This document shows, in pieces, positions 1 through 4,768 of a stretch of 4,768 nucleotides of DNA (the stretch's first letter is position 1; each line of letters opens with the position of its first letter). Below the pieces are notes generated by a model. The model made no database searches. It saw only the letters and a list, made by a program, of their open reading frames with translations, and was not told the DNA's origin. The position numbers and the translations under genes were made by a program. This DNA comes from Escherichia coli (GTDB lineage: Bacteria > Pseudomonadota > Gammaproteobacteria > Enterobacterales > Enterobacteriaceae), in the NCBI RefSeq assembly GCF_003334255.1, contig NZ_QOWU01000107.1; one strand, written 5' to 3'.

Positions 1-180
1 CACGCCTGAAGGGAAAGCTGCACGTTATCAGCAAGCGTTACACTCAGCGCATTGAGCGACATAATCTGAATCTGAGACAACATCTGGCAAGGCTGGGACG
101 GAAGTTACTGTCGTTCTCAAAATCGGTGGAGTTGCATGACAAGGTCATCGGGCATTATCTGAACATAAAACACTATCAGT
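1..180 (+). CDS. insB: IS1 transposase InsB, C-terminal fragment (5' end outside window)
   Basis: Open frame from nt 3 to TAA at 178-180 (59 codons), near-identical to the recalled IS1 InsB C-terminus. Two residues differ from the canonical copy as I recall it (KLL for KSL, KVIG for KIIG), suggesting an IS1 iso-form. Confidence 0.85.
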
Positions 181-197
181 AAGTTGGAGTCATTACC
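175..197. repeat. IS1 terminal inverted repeat (right end)
   Basis: 23-bp sequence atcagtaagttggagtcattacc matches the IS1 IR consensus. Confidence 0.85.
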
Positions 198-267
198 TCC
201 TCCCGAACTCAAAGCTATCATACAGATAATTACTGGTTAACCCTATATAGGGCATTTTAAAGTGTTG

Positions 268-633
268 TGATCTTACCCAGCAATAGTGGACACGCGGCTA
301 AGTGAGTAAACTCTCAGTCAGAGGTGACTCACAAGACAAAACAGTTTCAACCAGTAAAAAAACGTAAACACCATTCGCATGAATTTCGTAGTTAAGATCT
401 GAAGCTTGCAGAATGCATCGGTATTACTGCCGGAGTCCGTGAACTTAGTCTGCATGAATCACCACAGCTTTACATCTGTCGCAGTAAACAGCAAAATCAG
501 CAAACTTACTTAATTATATCGAGTGCGATTACAATCGCTGGCGATGGTACAGTTGGTGTGGCGGTCTCAGTCCGGAACAATTTGAAAATCAGAATCTCAC
601 TTAAAACGGCATCCATTTTACAAAAGATGGCCG
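268..633 (+). mobile_element. IS3-like (IS3 family, IS3 group) remnant with a large internal deletion: left IR plus degenerate orfA 5' part joined to orfB 3' end plus degenerate right IR
   Basis: Sequence from 268 (tgatcttacccagcaatagtggacacgcggctaagtgagtaaactctcagtcagaggtgactcac) matches the recalled IS3 left end. Downstream sequence is diverged orfA-like coding (..KQQNQQ). At about 505-512 it switches to sequence encoding [31 protein letters not shown] (509-604), compared with IS3 InsF C-terminus [31 protein letters not shown]. The right IR region (about 596-633) is recognisable but degenerate. Confidence 0.75.
333..604 (+). pseudogene. Degenerate IS3-like transposase remnant: orfA 5' fragment (start codon ATG replaced by AAG, frameshifts, in-frame TAA) fused by deletion to the last 32 codons of orfB
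   Basis: AAG at 333-335 sits where IS3 orfA has ATG. Translation tracks IS3 OrfA (TKTVSTSKK.., [18 protein letters not shown]) only with indels and a stop. The orfB tail frame is intact from 509 to TAA at 602-604. Confidence 0.7.
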
Positions 634-893
634 TCTGTGTATTTGTAATGAATACCTTCTACATGTTTAGAGTGCATAATCCACGACAAGGCGATATCCT
701 AAAAATTAGCTAGCAGGCAACTTTGATGGCATAGATAATGTTTTTAGTAAAAAAGAGTTGACTGAATATAATACAGCCTCTTCCTACATAAGAAGGAATG
801 TGCTCACAAAAAAAAACCATTAGTCTGCTTCCTGTTCTTACAATAATCAGTATTATGTATTTTATTTATATAGCAAAATATGCTTGTTACACC

Positions 894-902
894 TGTCATA
901 AT
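894..902 (+). promoter_or_regulatory. Candidate extended -10 promoter element (TGtCATAAT) upstream of the small ORF
   Basis: TG at 894-895 lies one base upstream of hexamer CATAAT at 897-902, about 42 bp upstream of ATG 944. No convincing -35 was found, consistent with an extended -10 promoter. A purine-rich Shine-Dalgarno GGGGGAGA lies at 933-940. Confidence 0.25.
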
Positions 903-943
903 TAGGCATGGTAAAATTATTGACTGAACCCTGGGGGAGAAAG

Positions 944-1201
944 ATGCACAGTGATTATTATAATATGGTTTTTGGTGAAAAATTGGCCAATATTTTATAT
1001 GAAGCTAACTCTCAATTTTTTTACGAGAGAAATGTCATAGAAGAGGCAGTCAACGCTTTATTCTGTGAGCGTGAAATAATAAACAACAAGAACATAATAA
1101 AGAAGCTGATGTTCTTTTTGTCAGATGTTAATCACACCAAGAAAGATGTTGTTCAGAGCGCACTTAATATTATCATTGACATTACATCAGGTGATATTTG
1201 A
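944..1201 (+). CDS. Hypothetical small acidic protein (85 aa), AT-rich, no family recognised
   Basis: The ORF runs 908-1201 in the track. I favour ATG 944 (MHSDYYNMVFGEKLANILYEANSQ...) because GGAG at 936-939 sits 4 nt upstream, whereas ATG 908 has only AGG at 1-nt spacing. The sequence is strongly AT-biased with asparagine/isoleucine/lysine-rich codon usage typical of horizontally acquired DNA. Confidence 0.45.
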   Translation: MHSDYYNMVFGEKLANILYEANSQFFYERNVIEEAVNALFCEREIINNKNIIKKLMFFLSDVNHTKKDVVQSALNIIIDITSGDI

Positions 1202-1478
1202 GATTTTACATAAAGGATAATCTCTCAAGGAGTCTTATCTGAAAACGAAATATATAGTCCCTCTCGTTTTGTAATATCGATTGGCTTTGTTGAATCGGTT
1301 ACGTACCCCGGAGCCGGTCATATTTTCAGGTAATACACACGCTTTCAGACATTTCGGCTTTCGTCATTTTGGTATCATGGGCATAGCTTCTGCTACCTGA
1401 CCATCATAATCACGCAGCTTCAGTGAAGCAGTGACCACCTGTTTAACCCGGTGTATCGTTATGATCTTATCCAGCAAT

Positions 1479-1669
1479 TGAACCGCCCCGGGTTTCCTGG
1501 AGAGTGTTTTATCTGTGAACTCAGGCTGCCAGATCATCGTTTCCGATGGAAGCATAATAAGCTTTTTCTGCTTCTGCCGGTGGGATATGGCCCTGCCTTT
1601 CCAGCAATCGTCGATTGTTATACCAGTCCACCCACGTGAGTGTGGTCAGCTCATCATACTGACACGTGC
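1479..1669 (-). mobile_element. IS629/IS1203-like (IS3 family, IS51 group) right-end remnant: terminal IR plus 3' end of orfB, truncated on the other side
   Basis: The plus strand from 1479 reads TGAACCGCCCCGGGTTTCCTGGAGAGTGTTTTATCTGTGAACTC, which matches the recalled IS629-type terminal repeat. The minus strand from 1669 to 1521 encodes ..YDELTTLTWVDWYNNRRLLERQGHIPPAEAEKAYYASIGNDDLAA*, an rve/DDE integrase-core C-terminus typical of this group. No upstream transposase sequence is recognisable beyond about 1669. Confidence 0.7.
1521..1669 (-). pseudogene. IS3-family (IS629-like) transposase OrfB, C-terminal 49-codon fragment
   Basis: Minus-strand frame is open from 1669 to TGA (complement of 1521-1523). 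It carries the WxxWYNxxRxxxxxGxxPPxExE..YY motif of IS3-family integrase cores. There is no start codon and it is truncated at the 5' side. Confidence 0.65.
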
Positions 1670-1800
1670 ATTACCCCTACCGCGATAATGCAACCGTACA
1701 ATATAGGGCGTTTCCTAAACGCAGCCCTCATCACTCCAATCCAACAAGACACAGCATTTTTGATCACGAAGAAAGACAAATAATTTCCGTAAATGTTTCC

Positions 1801-1818
1801 GTTGTTACAAATAACAAC
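1801..1818. promoter_or_regulatory. Candidate operator: inverted repeat GTTGTTA-caaa-TAACAAC upstream of the phytase-like gene
   Basis: Perfect 7-bp arms with a 4-bp spacer at 1801-1818, about 115 bp upstream of ATG 1934, preceded by direct repeats TTTCCGT at 1784-1790 and 1796-1802. No cognate regulator is encoded in the window. Confidence 0.25.
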
Positions 1819-1933
1819 AGTGTTTTACATTTCTTTGGCCTCAGGCCCGCGCATGTTGCCATTCGATGTCATTTTCCTGACTCGTTTCTTCTTTATGGTG
1901 TAGTGTGATCTTCACTTTATGGATGCTAACAAT

Positions 1934-3292
1934 ATGAAAAGAAAAATTATTCCCGTGCTAATCGGTTGTACGCTCTCTTTCTCTGCCCTGGCGGCACAAC
2001 CTACGGCTGAGCGCTATGTCGTCAGTTTTCCAGAAGGCACGCACGTGAACTACGCCGGCGCATTTGCCAGTGCATTCCCGAACGGCCTTCCGGTTGGGAT
2101 AGGTTCTGGCCTGCTGTTCACCGGTAAACAGGGCGATGCCCTGACATTCGCAACCATTACCGATCGCGGTCCGAACGCGGATTCACCGAAAGAGGGGAAA
2201 AACGAAACTAAAATTTTCGTTACGCCAGATTTCGCGCCGCTGCTGATGACGATTCGTGTACAAAACGGCAAAGCGGAGGCCATCGATCCCCGTCCTCTGC
2301 ATGACGATAAAGGCGCGATCAACGGTCTGCCGCTGGCAAGCGACGTGATTGGCTCCACCAATGAAGTGGCCTTCAGCGACACGTTACATAGACTGAAGGG
2401 GGATAATCGCGGGCTGGATACGGAAGGGATCACTCCGGATGGTAAAGGAGGTTACTGGCTGTGCGATGAGTATGGCCCGTTCCTGATTAACATCGACAGT
2501 AAAGGGAAAATCCTGGCAATCCACGGTCCGCAGGCGGCGGAAGGGGAAAAAGCGATTGCGGGCGGTTTGCCAAATATCCTCAAATGGCGTCAGGCGAACC
2601 GCGGCTTTGAAGGCCTCACCCGTATGCCGGACGGGCGTATTATTGTCGCCGTGCAAAGTACGCTGGATATCGACGCTAAGAGCAAGAAAAAGGCGCTGTT
2701 TACGCGTCTGGTGAGCTTCGATCCGGCAAGCGGAAAAACCGCGATGTACGGTTATCCTATCGACAGCGCGGCCTACAGCAAAAACAGCGACGCTAAAATC
2801 GGAGACATCGTGGCGCTCGATAACCAGCACATCCTGCTGATCGAACAGGGAAGAGATAAAAACAACAGAATGCGTAACCTGATTTACGAGGTCGATCTCA
2901 ATAAGGCGAGCGACCTGTCAGGCTTCGACAAGCCGGGTGAGTATCCGGAGTTTGATGATGAGAAAACCCTGTCACAGCGCGGCATTACCCTTGCGCAGAA
3001 AACGCAGGTTGTTGATCTGCGCTCCTTGGGCTGGCAGCAGGAGAAGGCTGAAGGGTTGGCGCTGATCGACAGCAAAACGCTGGCGGTGGCGAACGATAAC
3101 GACTTTGGCGTGAAGGTGGCGATGCAACATCCGGTCGAGGGCAAGACATTCAAGGATTATCGGGTGAACGCGGAAGGAAAGCTGACGCTTGACGACAAGC
3201 AGGTTGAAACGACCCTCAGAGTGAAGCCACTGGAGAAACCGGAGTCTGACAGTGAACTGTGGATTGTGACGCTGCCGGAAGCGTTGAAATAA
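1934..3292 (+). CDS. Secreted beta-propeller protein of the phytase-like / SdiA-regulated (YjiK-like) superfamily, often annotated 'esterase-like activity of phytase family protein'; 452 aa from ATG 1934
   Basis: Long ORF 1919-3292. I favour ATG 1934 because it gives a classic Sec signal peptide (MKRKIIPVLIGCTLSFSALA|AQPT) and has GGA 10 nt upstream; ATG 1919 is the in-frame alternative. Motifs GIGSGL...ITDRGPN, DTEGITPDGKGGYWLCDEYGP, NRGFEGL and NDNDFG match recalled signatures of Pfam phytase-like (PF13449) and SdiA-regulated beta-propellers. Codon usage is typical enterobacterial and GC is clearly higher than in the AT-rich segment upstream. Confidence 0.9.
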   Translation: MKRKIIPVLIGCTLSFSALAAQPTAERYVVSFPEGTHVNYAGAFASAFPNGLPVGIGSGLLFTGKQGDALTFATITDRGPNADSPKEGKNETKIFVTPDFAPLLMTIRVQNGKAEAIDPRPLHDDKGAINGLPLASDVIGSTNEVAFSDTLHRLKGDNRGLDTEGITPDGKGGYWLCDEYGPFLINIDSKGKILAIHGPQAAEGEKAIAGGLPNILKWRQANRGFEGLTRMPDGRIIVAVQSTLDIDAKSKKKALFTRLVSFDPASGKTAMYGYPIDSAAYSKNSDAKIGDIVALDNQHILLIEQGRDKNNRMRNLIYEVDLNKASDLSGFDKPGEYPEFDDEKTLSQRGITLAQKTQVVDLRSLGWQQEKAEGLALIDSKTLAVANDNDFGVKVAMQHPVEGKTFKDYRVNAEGKLTLDDKQVETTLRVKPLEKPESDSELWIVTLPEALK

Positions 3293-3530
3293 GTTTATAA
3301 GGTACGGACAGCAGTATCGCTTAGTTTTTCAAATTCATGTATGTGAACAATATTGGGGTTCCGGCGTAGACCCCCAATGAAAGCGTCACCACGTGAAAAC
3401 ATGCCTGCACGGTTTACACGTCATCCCATGGTGGCAGCCGGTTAACTTTCCTGCTACACCAGTGGAAAAAGGCCATAAGCAGTCCGAACAAAAGTAAGCG
3501 TACAGCGAGGGCCGTATTGACGGGGATGTG

Positions 3531-4768
3531 TTATTCAGCTGGCAGTGCTATGCGCCACGGAAGCAGTTCGCTGACCCGGTTGACCGGCCAGTCTGCTATG
3601 ACGCCAAGCACATGGCGAAGGTAGCTTTCTGGATCCACGTCATTCAGTTTGCACGTCCCGATCAGGCTGTACAGTAGCGCTCCCCGCTCACCACCATGGC
3701 CAGAGCCGAAGAACAGGGTCTTCATCTTTTCACGCAACCAGCTTTCCAGGGATTTCAACAGCGGTTTCGTTTTTCGCTGACGTTCAGCAAGCCGCTGCTA
3801 TGCCGGCATTCCCCTTATATCCGCCTCTATGGCGTACAACTGACCGATCTGCTCCAGGGCTTCTTCCGTCAGTGCTGACGGGATGCGGACGTGCATATCG
3901 TGGATCTTTCGGCGGGCATGAGCCCAGCAGGCAGCTTCCGTTATCCCACCATTGCGATACAGCTCGTTGAACCCGGCGTACGCATCCGCTTGCAGCACAC
4001 CGCTGAAGCAAGCAAGATGAGTCTGCGGATGGATGCCTTTTCTGTCCGGGCTGTAAGCGAACCTCACTGCAGGTGCCAACGCTGACCCGGCATTGCGGTC
4101 ATCACGAACATACGCCCACAACCGCCCGGTCTTCGTCTTCTTATTACCCGGCAGCAGTACCTGGACCGGGGTATCATCGGCATGGAGTTTGCCGTCAGTC
4201 ATGACATCGCCATGAAGCGCCTCTTCCAGCGGAGACAGCAGCCGGCAGCATGCATCCACCCAGCCCGACAGCAGTGAACGGCTCAGCTCCACACCTTGCC
4301 GGTCGTATATTTCTGACTGGCGATACAGCGGGGTGTGCTCTGCATACTTCGAGGTCAGCACGCGGGCCAGCAGCCCCGGTCCGGCGATACCCCGCTCGAT
4401 GGGCCGCGAAGGTGCAGGTGCCTGCACGATGGCATCGCACTGAGTACAGGCATGTTTTTCCCGTACCGTCCGGATAACCCGGAAGGCGCTACGCATCAAC
4501 TCCAGCTGTTCGGCGGTATCCTCGCCCAGATAGCTCAGTGAACCGCCGCAGTTCGGGCAGCACGGCGCCGCAGGCAACAGCCGCTTTTCGTCACGGGGTA
4601 GTGATTCAGGGAACGGCTTACGGGGGCGGGTCTGACGCAACGGACGCTGTACTGCCGGGTCATACACCCTACCAGTCAGCGTATCGCTCTCTATCGCTCT
4701 CTTTCTGAAGCCGGTTCAGATCGGCTTCCATTTGTGCGATACGGCGGGAGACTTTTTCGGAACGACTG
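3531..4768 (-). pseudogene. tnpC: IS66-family transposase (TnpC/orf3) pseudogene: N-terminal frameshift from a 10-bp tandem duplication, in-frame TAG, and a probable in-frame internal deletion
   Basis: Minus-strand ORF 4667-3798 (..[39 protein letters not shown]..) ends at TAG (complement of 3798-3800). The same frame continues [71 protein letters not shown] to 3531. Upstream of 4667 the conserved N-terminal sequence (..[25 protein letters not shown]) is in a different frame, offset by the duplication at 4682-4701. Confidence 0.85.
4682..4701. repeat. Perfect 10-bp tandem direct duplication (tatcgctctc x2) inside the IS66 transposase 5' region
   Basis: Read directly: 4682-4691 and 4692-4701 are identical. 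The unit is not a multiple of 3, so it shifts the frame. Removing one copy joins ..LQKESD to [17 protein letters not shown].. in one frame. Confidence 0.9.

Larger units (their letters stand above)
1..197 (+). mobile_element. IS1, 3' terminal portion (truncated by window start), ending in the right inverted repeat
   Basis: Frame 3 from nt 3 translates to ...[59 protein letters not shown], which matches the recalled C-terminus of IS1 InsB. It is followed by atcagtaagttggagtcattacc (175-197), the reverse complement of the IS1 terminal IR GGTAATGACTCCAACTTACTGAT. Confidence 0.9.
3494..4768 (-). mobile_element. IS66-family element, right-end portion (continues beyond window end); decayed copy
   Basis: GTAAGCG at 3494-3500 matches the characteristic IS66-family terminal repeat start (5'-GTAA...). 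It lies 30 bp outside the transposase stop (complement of 3531-3533). The interior encodes a recognisable IS66 TnpC with zinc-finger CxxC motifs, the HADDTPV DDE region and the conserved C-terminal LLPW tail. Confidence 0.8.

Noticed and set aside
757-771. TTGACT (757-762) and TATAAT (766-771) as a sigma-70 promoter
   Set aside because: Both hexamers are perfect or near-perfect, but they are only 3 bp apart, so they cannot act as a -35/-10 pair. No suitable -35 lies 17 bp upstream of the TATAAT.
198-907. Possible tRNA, small-RNA or CRISPR content in the non-coding stretches
   Set aside because: There are no tRNA-like T-arm or acceptor signatures and no regularly spaced direct repeats. Most of 268-633 is explained by the IS3-like remnant; the rest is AT-rich with scattered stops in all frames.
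908-943. Upstream ATG at 908 as the start of the small ORF
   Set aside because: It is preceded only by AGG at 1-nt spacing. The internal ATG at 944 has a much better Shine-Dalgarno (GGAG 4 nt upstream). The 908 start cannot be excluded without expression data.
1364-1555. Minus-strand 63-aa ORF spanning the IS629-like terminus
   Set aside because: It starts inside the IS end in a frame different from the transposase and reads across the insertion junction. It is a junction artefact, not a gene, and is kept only as a pointer to a possible disrupted target gene.
1451-1908. Plus-strand ORFs 1451-1639 and 1666-1908
   Set aside because: The first is antisense to the IS629-like transposase tail and IR. 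The second covers the promoter and leader region of the phytase-like gene, has no ribosome-binding site and looks non-protein-like (His/Pro/Arg-rich).
2050-3153. Three minus-strand ORFs (2050-2433, 2384-2830, 2884-3153) overlapping the phytase-like gene
   Set aside because: They are antisense to a long, well-supported CDS with a coherent signal peptide and family motifs. Their products are low-complexity and rich in Ser/Pro/Arg, as expected for shadow frames of a GC-richer gene.
3351-3377. Hairpin ATTGGGG-(13 nt)-CCCCAAT downstream of the phytase-like gene as a rho-independent terminator
   Set aside because: The stem is reasonable but no U-tract follows on either strand, and the T-run at 3321-3327 is not preceded by a stable stem. 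I could not support a terminator call.
3696-4541. Plus-strand ORFs (3696-3878, 3891-4085, 4250-4477, 4335-4541) and alternate-frame minus-strand ORFs (3784-4011, 4195-4440) inside the IS66 region
   Set aside because: All lie within or antisense to the recognisable IS66 transposase reading frame. Their Arg/Pro/Ala-rich products are typical shadow ORFs with no start signals.

Overview
This 4.8-kb window reads as an insertion-sequence-rich accessory region of an enterobacterial replicon (E. coli/Shigella-type plasmid or genomic island), not a core-genome stretch. Four IS elements or remnants are present: the 3' end of IS1 (1-197), an internally deleted IS3-like remnant (268-633), the right end of an IS629/IS51-group IS3-family element (1479-~1669, minus strand) and a decayed IS66-family element (3494 to window end, minus strand). 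Between them lie two apparently intact genes: a small AT-rich acidic ORF of about 85 aa (944-1201) and a 452-aa signal-peptide-bearing protein of the phytase-like beta-propeller superfamily (1934-3292). No tRNA, rRNA or CRISPR array was seen. All identifications rest on reading the sequence and on recalled family signatures; no database search was run. I do not see a clearly novel multi-gene system here; the most worthwhile targets are the IS-bracketed secreted beta-propeller gene with its upstream palindrome and the orphan AT-rich small ORF.
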